48,069 bases of DNA, from the IMG/VR virus record IMGVR_UViG_3300031234_000002, one strand, 5' to 3'. A program made the position numbers and the translations under genes. The notes under the pieces were generated by a model. The model saw nothing but the letters and a program-made list of their open reading frames with translations. It ran no database searches and was not told the origin of the DNA. Each line of letters begins with the position of its first letter. Positions within the stretch are counted from its first letter, which is position 1. Of this stretch, positions 1 through 7,916 are shown in pieces. This DNA is from a virus.

Positions 1-127
1 CCATATACGGATCACGCGGATATCGCATTACGAACGATGGTGAAGTTCACGTTCGTCGCCAATCTAACGAGAGGTGCGGCGATACCTACTATTGGGCCTT
101 TTACGGCTACGTGGAAACGCTTTTGGC
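1..127. repeat. Terminal overlap, copy 1 (identical to 47943..48069)
   Basis: Read directly: ccatatacggatcacgcgg...gaaacgcttttggc is present at both window ends, 127/127 identical. This implies a circular or terminally redundant unit of 47,942 bp. Confidence 0.97.
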
Positions 128-134
128 CGCCTAA
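3..134 (+). CDS. 3' part of a junction-spanning 56-aa hypothetical protein (start at 47906)
   Basis: Joining the ends gives ATG 47906 ... TAA 132-134, in frame (37 nt + 134 nt = 57 codons). Product: MSTLNQLCKELSSIYGSRGYRITNDGEVHVRRQSNERCGDTYYWAFYGYVETLLAA. It follows the CTCGGAGGAAA leader. Confidence 0.5.
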   Translation: MYGSRGYRITNDGEVHVRRQSNERCGDTYYWAFYGYVETLLAA

Positions 135-233
135 CCGTCACCCCATCTCGGAGAAGATCGAGGCCGTTCAAACCTACGTGATGCGCTAACCAACCGGGGC
201 GTTATTCCGGCAACATATCGGAGGAAATCAAAC

Positions 234-989
234 ATGCTCGCATTTCACAATAATCCTGCTATCAAAGAAAAATACCTCGCTCGCGTCCGCGCTCACCGCG
301 TCGCCGATGAAATCGTAAAGGGCCGATATTGGGAAAACGGTAAAGGCTGCGCTGTCGGATGTACCCTTCATTCCGGCAAGCACATGAGTTACGAAAGCGA
401 ACTTGGAATTCCAGTCGCTCTCGCTCATCTTGAAGATACGATCTTCGAGAATCTGCCAAACGAGTTAGCTCTCGAATGGCCGGCTCGATTTCTTGAAGCG
501 GCGCATCCCGGTGCCGATCTAAGCAACGTCGTAAATCAATTCATGAGTTGGATGCTTATTGATCCCACTCATGGAGTCATTCGATTCGTCAATACTGACA
601 TGGATCGTTCGGCCATCATAGGTGTTGCTGCAATTCTTCGGACCGACGCTACCGCCGAAGAAATTGAAAAGGCACTATCGGCGGACTCGGCGGCGGACTC
701 GGCGGCGGCACTCTCGGCGGCACTCTCGGCGCGCTCGGCGGCACTCTCGGCGTACTCGGCGGCGGACTCGGCGGCGGCACTCTCGGCGGCGTGCTCGGTG
801 GCGGACTCGGTGGACTCGGCGGCGGACTCGGCGCGCTCGGCGGCGGCGGCACGCTCGGCGGCACGCTCGGCGGTGGACTCGGCGCGCTCGGCGGCACTCT
901 CGGCGGACTCGGCGGCGTACTCGGCGGCGGACTCGGCTTACATTTCTTTCTCCGATAAGCTAATTGAGTTGATGAGTATCGCCAGATGA
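234..989 (+). CDS. Hypothetical protein: globular Cys-containing N-domain plus an 89-aa x-S-A-A tandem-repeat region
   Basis: ATG 234 lies 7 nt after GGAGG (TCGGAGGAAA at 218-227). The 251-aa ORF has its stop overlapping the next start (ATGA at 986). The N-domain contains WENGKGCAVGC; no family recognised. Confidence 0.7.
   Translation: MLAFHNNPAIKEKYLARVRAHRVADEIVKGRYWENGKGCAVGCTLHSGKHMSYESELGIPVALAHLEDTIFENLPNELALEWPARFLEAAHPGADLSNVVNQFMSWMLIDPTHGVIRFVNTDMDRSAIIGVAAILRTDATAEEIEKALSADSAADSAAALSAALSARSAALSAYSAADSAAALSAACSVADSVDSAADSARSAAAARSAARSAVDSARSAALSADSAAYSAADSAYISFSDKLIELMSIAR
675..941 (+). repeat. Coding tandem array of 9/12-nt units NNN-TCG-GCG(-GCG)
   Basis: Read directly: gactcggcggcg / ctctcggcggca units are iterated about two dozen times. 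They translate as LSADSAADSAAALSAALSARSAALSAYSAADSAAALSAACSVADSVDSAADSARSAAAARSAARSAVDSARSAALSADSAAYSAADSAY. Confidence 0.9.
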
Positions 990-1192
990 CAATCTATAAC
1001 CCAAGGTGGGATCTAAGTACAATACCCTCAGATAAGTTTCAATCTGAGGCAGGCCGTCGCCGGCGCGCCAAAGGTCCGCAAGTAACCAGGCAGAAGCTCA
1101 GTCCCTGTATACACTGTGGGACTGAGCTTAACGCTCGTCAACGTCGCCTTAAATGCTTGAACTGTGGAAGGAGTCAAAATGTTCCTGCATAA
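986..1192 (+). CDS. Small zinc-ribbon protein (CxxC...CxxC), basic
   Basis: 68-aa ORF with an ATGA overlap to the upstream gene. Motifs CIHCG and CLNCG. Confidence 0.55.
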   Translation: MTIYNPRWDLSTIPSDKFQSEAGRRRRAKGPQVTRQKLSPCIHCGTELNARQRRLKCLNCGRSQNVPA

Positions 1193-1361
1193 CGCTCACA
1201 TCTGTATTAACTGCGAGTGGATAGGGGATTCGGCCACCACTTGCATCAAGTGCGGAGGATCGCAGACCATGCCTCTAGCACAGTGGTTTCGGTCAATAAC
1301 AGAACAATATCTGACATGGGATAGGGTACGGAAGAATTCAAACTATCGGTCGTCTGACTGA
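1179..1361 (+). CDS. Small zinc-ribbon protein
   Basis: ATG 1179 lies 5 nt after GGAAGGAG (1166-1173). Motifs CINCEW and CIKCGG. The track ORF starts at GTG 1164. Confidence 0.55.
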   Translation: MFLHNAHICINCEWIGDSATTCIKCGGSQTMPLAQWFRSITEQYLTWDRVRKNSNYRSSD

Positions 1362-1381
1362 TGCTGAAATTACCCAAAGAC

Positions 1382-3760
1382 TCAAGCCCTGAAAGCTGAC
1401 TGATACGGAGCGCTGGCAGTATTGCAGCGCTCATATTCTTTGGCGACCGCCGCCGGGTCCGTTATTTGCTTGGCTAGATTGCTGTCATGCACATATAGCC
1501 TTGGCTTGGTATGATCCGGCAGCACTAAATTGTTGACGCGCCCGTCCTTAAGCGCCGGGTGCCACCTATACCCAATCGACTCCAGCATTTCTTTACGCCT
1601 CAAGTGAGTAACGCCGCGCACACGTCCCAACCGCTCCAGTAGCTTCTCTAATTGATGGGATGATACCCAACCCCCACAGAAGCCCGGTAAGCCCTGGGAA
1701 ATAGCCTCCTCGATCTCCTGCTCAATACCTCCCACCGATGCGCTTATAGCCTCACCGGTAGTCGAGCTGAAGGGGGCTCTCTGGCAGTCGCCGGCAGGAT
1801 TCAGTTCTGCTGGAATCTGATAAGTGTGTAGGAACTCGGCAACCACCGCATATCCGCCACTCTTGAGCCAGTTGTACAGTGGCACAAAGTATTCAACGGT
1901 CATACCATCGCGGCGCAAGTCGTCGAACGCTTGCTGAGCTGTAAACATGACGCAGAAGCGGCGGTCGTTCTTGGTTTTTTGAATAGCGTCTCGATGATTG
2001 GAATTGAACATGAAGTTACCGCAGATATCGGAGCTTATCTGGTCTACTCCCTTGGCTTCAATCTCAAGCTGATCGCCGGTAATCATCGGCTTCAGCTCTT
2101 CGATAATCTCCCGGCGCTCGCCGGGTACATAAATATCCTCGACCGCATAGAGAATTTTGCCCACCATCCATGCGTTGAATTCCTTTGCCAGCTTGCTCGC
2201 CTTTGGCCAGTGGACGTATCTCCGGCCAATAGCTTCAGCCACGCAATGAGTGAGCAGAGTCTTTCCGTTACCTTCGACGCCTTGCAATAGAGGTGCCCAG
2301 CGGAATTTCCTACCTTTGTATTGAACGCAGGCGGCCATATAGCTGAGGATGATTTTCTGATCCAACTCTTCCGGAAGCAATCGGGCAATGTGGTCGAGGA
2401 ATGGACCGGCATCACCAGCAACCCGAGGGACATCGATGGGTATGTAGGTGTTCACAAAGCTCATCCCATTGCGATGCACCACTTCGGCCGCCGGCAGGTC
2501 CGGGCGGAAGCATGAGCCGTTAACCTTGGGATGCGACAGAATCTGCGATTGGGTGAAGGCTTCCCACGGATCACGGCTGGTGCGATCATTGCCTGCGGAC
2601 ATCGTGAAGTTGCGGCCGCCGTAGTGGACTCGGAATTGATCCGGTTTGAGGATCATTCCACCAGGCACGAGCACCTTATGCTGATCGGTGATGTAGAAGC
2701 ATCCTGAGAATAGAGATTCTTGAGCTTCTTGAGTGAGATATTGGCTACTGTCCAGTTGCTTTACAGCCTCACCAGTCGCTTCAGGGGGCGCGGGCAGCCC
2801 TGAGGTCTTCAGGACATCTACCTGACGCGCCACGACCCCTAGAATCGTCCGCGGCAAGTAGTCCTGCCGGCCCCACTTATCGCGCACCAGCTTGGATTGC
2901 CACATCAGGCGCTCAATGCGTCCACAATCCTTGCCAGTCCAGAATGCTAGATGTTGTGCAAGGGCGCTATCTGCTTGACTGGCATTCCAGGGATCGCCAG
3001 ACCGATCCGCAGGGAACACGGAAGCGAGTTTGGATGGATCTGCCAACCAGAGGTCGGCAAAGCTCGCTTTGACTCCAAAAACGCTATTGGCGCTCTTGGA
3101 CTTGAGAGCCCGCTGGATCAGTTCATCGTCGTTCGGAGGCCCACTCCAGGTTAGGTCCGGACCAGCATCACACCTCACACTCCATTCGGTACTCCAGTGA
3201 CCCATACTGCCGGCGCTAGAATCGGGCGGGAAGTAGGTTTGAGTGAGCGTATAGAGTACGGCAGACAAGTCAGCGGCAGCGCTGCCCTGAGCAGATATCC
3301 CAGTTAGGGCGATGAATCTCCCCGTGTGATAAAACTCCATATTGAGTTGCTCATTCTTGCAGCCATGAACGGGAGGTTTTCCCGACCCAATGAGATGCAT
3401 TCCGATGCCGGATCTGCTGACCTCCATAGCGCACCCTGAGAGCAACTGAGCAACCTGTTGCGCATGAGGTGCCCACCCGGTTGGCGTGAGACAACCGTCA
3501 ATATCGACAACCCAAAAAGGATCGTTCTCGGTGAAGACAAAGCCGATCCCATAAGGTTCTCCAAGTTCCGACGCTCGCTGCATGGCGGTGCGAGCATCCA
3601 ACCAGATCGAATGGTCATGGGCACTCTTGACGCGCATGTCGCGGGAGTCAATGGGGAGTTTGTCAGTCTTCCCCGGTCGGCTCTCCGAAGGGACGGCTTT
3701 GTAGAGAATGAATTGTCGATAAGCGCCTAGAGGCGCTAATGCGGCAGGGAGTTCGCGCAC
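1382..3760 (-). CDS. Bifunctional AEP primase-polymerase / SF3 (D5/P4-type) helicase
   Basis: 792 aa. The N-terminus has AEP motifs (FWVVDIDGC DxD; SRSGIGMHLIG sGxGxH). The centre has Walker A GVEGNGKTLL followed by an SF3-type helicase region. Confidence 0.85.
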   Translation of the reverse strand: MRELPAALAPLGAYRQFILYKAVPSESRPGKTDKLPIDSRDMRVKSAHDHSIWLDARTAMQRASELGEPYGIGFVFTENDPFWVVDIDGCLTPTGWAPHAQQVAQLLSGCAMEVSRSGIGMHLIGSGKPPVHGCKNEQLNMEFYHTGRFIALTGISAQGSAAADLSAVLYTLTQTYFPPDSSAGSMGHWSTEWSVRCDAGPDLTWSGPPNDDELIQRALKSKSANSVFGVKASFADLWLADPSKLASVFPADRSGDPWNASQADSALAQHLAFWTGKDCGRIERLMWQSKLVRDKWGRQDYLPRTILGVVARQVDVLKTSGLPAPPEATGEAVKQLDSSQYLTQEAQESLFSGCFYITDQHKVLVPGGMILKPDQFRVHYGGRNFTMSAGNDRTSRDPWEAFTQSQILSHPKVNGSCFRPDLPAAEVVHRNGMSFVNTYIPIDVPRVAGDAGPFLDHIARLLPEELDQKIILSYMAACVQYKGRKFRWAPLLQGVEGNGKTLLTHCVAEAIGRRYVHWPKASKLAKEFNAWMVGKILYAVEDIYVPGERREIIEELKPMITGDQLEIEAKGVDQISSDICGNFMFNSNHRDAIQKTKNDRRFCVMFTAQQAFDDLRRDGMTVEYFVPLYNWLKSGGYAVVAEFLHTYQIPAELNPAGDCQRAPFSSTTGEAISASVGGIEQEIEEAISQGLPGFCGGWVSSHQLEKLLERLGRVRGVTHLRRKEMLESIGYRWHPALKDGRVNNLVLPDHTKPRLYVHDSNLAKQITDPAAVAKEYERCNTASAPYQSAFRA

Positions 3761-3766
3761 GTCAGC

Positions 3767-4075
3767 CTACTCTCCAGAGATGTGCGCGATGACCTTAGCC
3801 CGCACGCCAGCAGGCATTTTGTGACCGGCGACCATCGCCTGAGCCAGAACGGCATAATTGCCGCGCTTGATAGCTGTGCGCACAAGCGTCTGACGGATGT
3901 CTTGGATTGAGCCGAAGTAATAGGCAACCAGACCATAGGAACAATCGGACTCGATAGCGATCTTCTCCGTTGTTATCTTCATCCATCCGCCTGGCGTCTC
4001 GGTCAACTTGAGCGCTGCCGTGATGATGGATTCCTTGCGCTTCTTCACTTGCTGCTGGTTCAACCTAGTTGGCAT
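3767..4075 (-). CDS. Mini TetR-like HTH DNA-binding protein (N-domain only)
   Basis: 102 aa. KESIITAALKLTE...ITTEKIAIESDCSYGLVAYYFGSIQDI matches the TetR N-terminal HTH pattern (..aGvs.g.lYyyFgsK). GGGAG lies 7 nt upstream of the ATG. There is no ligand-binding C-domain. Confidence 0.6.
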   Translation of the reverse strand: MPTRLNQQQVKKRKESIITAALKLTETPGGWMKITTEKIAIESDCSYGLVAYYFGSIQDIRQTLVRTAIKRGNYAVLAQAMVAGHKMPAGVRAKVIAHISGE

Positions 4076-4108
4076 CAGTTATCTCCCACTTGCTGCAAAT
4101 CTCTAAAG

Positions 4109-4588
4109 TTACCCTTCGGATGTTGCAAAACACGCATCGCCGCCATCCGCAACTATCAGTTGCACCCACTTCAATTGAGCTTCTTCGTGCTCCGTCCCGG
4201 AGTATATCCACCCTGGCCGCTTGCACTCCCGGCTCACGAACTGAGCTATTGTACTGCCGACCATATCTCGCGTCACCACAACTGGCCGCCATCCTATCAG
4301 GTCTCCGCTCTTCAAAATCGCATTCAACTTGGGGGAATCATTGGCAAGCCCATATCGTACAGGAATGCCGCGCTCATCGGTGAGAACTCCTACGTTGTTC
4401 CGCCACAGTTTGATTCCTTTGCGAGCAGCTTCGAGTCGCACCAAGCTCTGCACGTAGCTCTCAGTCTGAGGGATTTGGCCGGCAAGTCTCGGAGCATTTT
4501 GATCCAACCCAAATATGCAGTTGAGTTCCTGAAGCGCTATGTAAGGGATGCTCCACTTAATTGCCCATTGATGAACAGTTGACTTCAT
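4109..4588 (-). CDS. VRR-NUC family nuclease
   Basis: 159 aa. LWRNNVG...SGDLIGW...FVSRECK gives a D...ExK arrangement typical of VRR-NUC. ATGA overlap with the upstream gene. Confidence 0.7.
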   Translation of the reverse strand: MKSTVHQWAIKWSIPYIALQELNCIFGLDQNAPRLAGQIPQTESYVQSLVRLEAARKGIKLWRNNVGVLTDERGIPVRYGLANDSPKLNAILKSGDLIGWRPVVVTRDMVGSTIAQFVSRECKRPGWIYSGTEHEEAQLKWVQLIVADGGDACFATSEG

Positions 4589-4800
4589 AAATTAGGTATC
4601 CTGTGAATAGACTTCCAAACTTCCAAATTTGCCAGATATTCAGGGACTCCGGCTATCAAGCCTTCGCAATCGTCAAACCAAGGACAGTAGTCGATATTGA
4701 AAGTTTCGCAACATTGAGCACAAAAGCCATCGATATCGAGTTGCTCTGCCATATCGGTCAAAAGTGGTTCACTGCATCGAGGGCAGATCGCAATTGTCAT
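4585..4800 (-). CDS. Small Cys-rich hypothetical protein
   Basis: 71 aa with CPRC...CAQCC...C..C. Tightly packed (TAAATG junction with the upstream ORF). Confidence 0.55.
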   Translation of the reverse strand: MTIAICPRCSEPLLTDMAEQLDIDGFCAQCCETFNIDYCPWFDDCEGLIAGVPEYLANLEVWKSIHRIPNL

Positions 4801-5076
4801 TTAACACCCCTCCGTCGCTTTGATGAACTCTGCCGCAAGTGCACTGACAATCGCATTGCCATATCCGCGCAATCGTCCCATTCGGGCGGGAACCCCATGA
4901 GCCGACGGGAGTAAGCCGGGTTCAATGGGCCGGTATTTGTCGTCGCGTCCGTACCACCAGTCGGCATCGCCCCAGAAACCGCGAGTTGCGCCTGCCTCGG
5001 CAACTGATCGCACCTGTGTCTCTGAGAGCCATCCGGGTTCACCCCAGTTTCGCTCATGCCCTCCGAGTCTTTCCAA
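4801..5076 (-). pseudogene. C-terminal remnant of a C5 cytosine DNA methyltransferase (motif IX/X region only)
   Basis: The 91-aa frame holds LERLGGHERNW (degenerate ERLxGFPxxW) and RGFWGDADWWYGRDDKYRPIEPG..HGVPARMGRLRGYGNAIVSALAAEFIKA (GNAIV = motif X). No motif I or PCQ lies upstream. It has only a TTG start, with a poorly spaced SD. Confidence 0.5.
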
Positions 5077-5104
5077 TCCCTCGCAGCCGGAGTTGCAACG
5101 CTCG

Positions 5105-5197
5105 TTATTTCAGCGAAGGTTTAGCACAAACACGAAAATAAAACGCTGATTTTTCAATTCCGCATTTTTTGCAACGTTTTGTTTTTTGATCAGTCAT
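5105..5197 (-). CDS. 30-aa mini-ORF with a CxxC knuckle (MTDQKTKRCKKCGIEKSAFYFRVCAKPSLK)
   Basis: The ATG is 2 nt after the helicase stop (GTGACCATG). The ORF ends at AAA-TAA, 28 nt before the methyltransferase-remnant frame. It falls below the ORF-track length cutoff. Confidence 0.35.
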   Translation of the reverse strand: MTDQKTKRCKKCGIEKSAFYFRVCAKPSLK

Positions 5198-5199
5198 GG

Positions 5200-6945
5200 T
5201 CACTTTGATAAGTATGCTTCAGCATTGATACTTCCGTCAATACCGAACTTGCTCACCTCAGCAAGCACTTTCACCGCAAGCTCTTCGGCCTCGGCCGCTC
5301 CCAGCAATTGAGCATTGGCAACATCGGTTCCGAACTTAAAATAGAAGCGCCGGAAGCTCTCCGACTGCGAGTATCCTTGTGCGTGCTCTAAGCCCGCCCA
5401 CCAGGCGACGGCGTTGCGCAATGAGCGCTGGTTGGCTTGTCTCTCCATCCACTTCGCACGAGCCGCAATCTGCGCCGGTAAGGGTAGCCCTTGAGGTGCA
5501 TAGAAGTCACCATCCTTGCGCTTCAGTTCGCCTCTGAGCTTGCGCAAAGTATCGTGATCCAACTCCATCAAGTCGCCATCCAGGTAAGCGAGGTCCGCAC
5601 GCTGCTCGGGGGTGAGAGCGACCTCAAACCCGCAGTATGGGCAGCATCGGAAGCTGCGTTCATACGGACTGAAGCACTCAAGGCAGACGGTCAGAGGGAT
5701 TTCGTCGCTCTTGATCTTCCGCTTGACGCGCCGGTCAAGCGTCCAAACTTGATGCTTATCTGGCGGACCATTGTGGCGTACTACGTTCCCCACATGGTCT
5801 ATGACGATACCCTTGGGCTTCATGCTTCGGGCGACCAATCCGAGTCGCTCCGAGACGCTGAAGCTGTCCCACATGCGCAGGTATTCCGGCCCAAGTAGCA
5901 ACCTCAGCACACGACCGAATTGCTGCGAGTAGAGAGCGAAGCTGTACGTTGGTCGAGCGAAGCTGACCACCTGAATCGCCGGCAGATCGAAACCCTCACC
6001 GAACAAATCCACGTTGACAAGCTGTAGAATTTCTCCGCGCTTGAATCGCCTGATTATGTCATGACGCAAACTGTCTGGGGTATTGGCGCTGACCACTTCC
6101 GCCTTGATTCCGGCAGCGCGGAAAGCGGCTGCTGTCTTCTTGGCCGACTCCACATCGACTTCAAATGTCACTCCCATCATGCCATCGGCAAAGCGCTTGT
6201 AGTGCTTTACGACATCGCCGGTGAGGGTAGCGCTCGCTCGCCGCGCCTTGCGTAGAGCGGGTGGAGTGAAGTCGCCCGTTGCATCGCTTACCCCAACGTT
6301 GGTTAGATCAAAGTCCTGAGGAATAGGAGGGCAAATAATGCGATAATCCGTGAGATAACCCAGATTGATGATTTCACGCATAGTAGGAGCGCACACCATA
6401 GCGTCAGCAAGACCATCATGATGACGACCAAGACCGCGTCCGTCAGCGCGGCGAGGAGTTGCGGTAGGGAATAATCCGCGAGCGTTGGGGAACTTGGCTT
6501 GAGCTTTACCCCATTTGTTATCTTTGAGAACATGATGGCCCTCATCCTGAATCGCTAGTCGAATTTGCCGGAACCAAGGGTCATCCGGCATCTTGACGAT
6601 TGTATCAACCCCACCAACTCCAGTCTTGGCAGTTGGATCGAGGTAGCTGTAACCAACCTCCATCACTTGTAGAGCAGTGATCACTCGCATGAGGCTGGTA
6701 TTGTTGCCCACCAGACGATGCCTTACTCCATTACGAGCGAGCGCAATGCTGATTTGAGAGACGAGTTCTTGACGATGAGCGACGGCTATACTCGCCCCCG
6801 GCTCATCGTATAGCAACTTCGATAGCACCACTGTCTTACCAAAACCAGTGGCCGCCACCCCCATCACATTCTGAGCACCAGCGTCCCAGGCGGCGTAGAT
6901 ATCGCGCTCGAATGGGATCTGAATGGACCTTAGAGGGACTGGCAT
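5200..6945 (-). CDS. DExH-box superfamily-2 helicase with a C-terminal zinc ribbon
   Basis: 581 aa. Walker A AATGFGKT, DEGHH, motif VI QQFGRVLR, then CLEC...CCPYCG. Confidence 0.8.
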   Translation of the reverse strand: MPVPLRSIQIPFERDIYAAWDAGAQNVMGVAATGFGKTVVLSKLLYDEPGASIAVAHRQELVSQISIALARNGVRHRLVGNNTSLMRVITALQVMEVGYSYLDPTAKTGVGGVDTIVKMPDDPWFRQIRLAIQDEGHHVLKDNKWGKAQAKFPNARGLFPTATPRRADGRGLGRHHDGLADAMVCAPTMREIINLGYLTDYRIICPPIPQDFDLTNVGVSDATGDFTPPALRKARRASATLTGDVVKHYKRFADGMMGVTFEVDVESAKKTAAAFRAAGIKAEVVSANTPDSLRHDIIRRFKRGEILQLVNVDLFGEGFDLPAIQVVSFARPTYSFALYSQQFGRVLRLLLGPEYLRMWDSFSVSERLGLVARSMKPKGIVIDHVGNVVRHNGPPDKHQVWTLDRRVKRKIKSDEIPLTVCLECFSPYERSFRCCPYCGFEVALTPEQRADLAYLDGDLMELDHDTLRKLRGELKRKDGDFYAPQGLPLPAQIAARAKWMERQANQRSLRNAVAWWAGLEHAQGYSQSESFRRFYFKFGTDVANAQLLGAAEAEELAVKVLAEVSKFGIDGSINAEAYLSK

Positions 6946-6947
6946 TA

Positions 6948-7916
6948 TCAGAACACCAACTCAGTACAATTTTCTTGCTCACCAAAAGCCTGAAATACTT
7001 GCATTGTCTCATTGTCTATGAAAGTTTTCAGATTACTGAGATTGTTGACGGCCATATCAAAATAGGATGGTTTAAGTTCGCACATGAGTCCCTTGCGGCG
7101 CATGTTGATGGCTGAATAAACTGTCGATCCGATACCTCCGAAAGGATCGAATACCACATCCCCTGGGTTACTCCAGAGTTCGATGCCCCGATCAATGATG
7201 TCGCGGCTCATTGGGCATATGTGGCGTTCATCCTCATCCTCACGACCACCGCGGTAATTGAGGGTGCGAGTCGGCCGGCAGTCCATCCACACGGGCGACG
7301 CATATCGCCTCCATCGATTATGCGCGAGGTTGCCTTCAGTTGGCTCATCTTCGCCGATGAAATGTGTTAATCCATGCTCATGCGGAATCGGTTGCGCATT
7401 GACTCCCGGCTTGCGAAAAGTTACGAGGTATTGAGGTCCGCCAGCCCGCACCATTGCGCTGTCTTTGCATAGTTGCTTGTGCATCAACCCGAGCGCTTTC
7501 GTCCGTACGGCTTCGATAAGTGGATCTTTCCAAACAACGTGCTCAGAGTGGTAGATGAATCCGGCTGCTTCAAACATCCGGATGATCGCGCCTCGAAAAT
7601 CCTTCAGACCAATGTGACCGTCGCGCCCTTTGGTTGTGCTCATGTTCATGCAATCGACCGAGACATTACGACCCGGCATCATTACGCGCATCAGACCATC
7701 GACGCAAAACCGAAAGTGCTCGAAGAAGTGATCATCGTCGCGGCAATTTCCCATGTCTCGATCCGAGTTGCTGTAGACGTAAAGAGTGCTGTATGGTGGG
7801 CTGAAAATCGAGTATCCGACTGAGTTCGCGGGAATCATGGTATTCATGAATTCGACGCAATCGACGTTGTAAAGGGCAATATTTTCAGCGACGTGCTGAT
7901 TGAGGATCATATCCAC
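6948..7916 (-). CDS. Beta-class N6-adenine/N4-cytosine DNA methyltransferase
   Basis: 322 aa. Motif IV SPPY (IFSPPYSTLY) precedes motif I FDPFGGIGST, the permuted order of beta-class amino-methyltransferases. Confidence 0.85.
   Translation of the reverse strand: MDMILNQHVAENIALYNVDCVEFMNTMIPANSVGYSIFSPPYSTLYVYSNSDRDMGNCRDDDHFFEHFRFCVDGLMRVMMPGRNVSVDCMNMSTTKGRDGHIGLKDFRGAIIRMFEAAGFIYHSEHVVWKDPLIEAVRTKALGLMHKQLCKDSAMVRAGGPQYLVTFRKPGVNAQPIPHEHGLTHFIGEDEPTEGNLAHNRWRRYASPVWMDCRPTRTLNYRGGREDEDERHICPMSRDIIDRGIELWSNPGDVVFDPFGGIGSTVYSAINMRRKGLMCELKPSYFDMAVNNLSNLKTFIDNETMQVFQAFGEQENCTELVF

Noticed and set aside
622-963. Alternative-frame ORFs over the tandem array (622..963 +, an Arg/Thr-rich 113 aa; 649..897 -, a Pro/Ser-rich 82 aa).
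   Set aside because: They exist only because the 9/12-nt repeat is open in several frames. They have no start context or SD. The 234..989 frame has a proper SD, a globular N-domain and operon coupling.
1409-1433. Hairpin GAGCGCTG-N9-CAGCGCTC inside the 3' end of the primase-helicase gene, a possible terminator for the convergent + strand early operon.
   Set aside because: It lies within coding sequence and is followed by only a weak U-rich run (AUAUUCUUUGG). It cannot be distinguished from chance without 3'-end mapping.
4797-5057. The alternative frame 4797..5057 contains RRLMGFPPEWDD, which looks like the C5-MTase ..LMGFPd.W motif and has an ATG right after CTCGGAGGG.
   Set aside because: The other frame (4801..5076) carries about 60 contiguous residues of Dcm-like C-terminus, including GNAIV and its own degenerate ERLxG..NW. 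The LMGFPPEW peptide arises from the same nucleotides that encode HGVPARMG and is probably coincidental. The ATG is only 1 nt from the SD.
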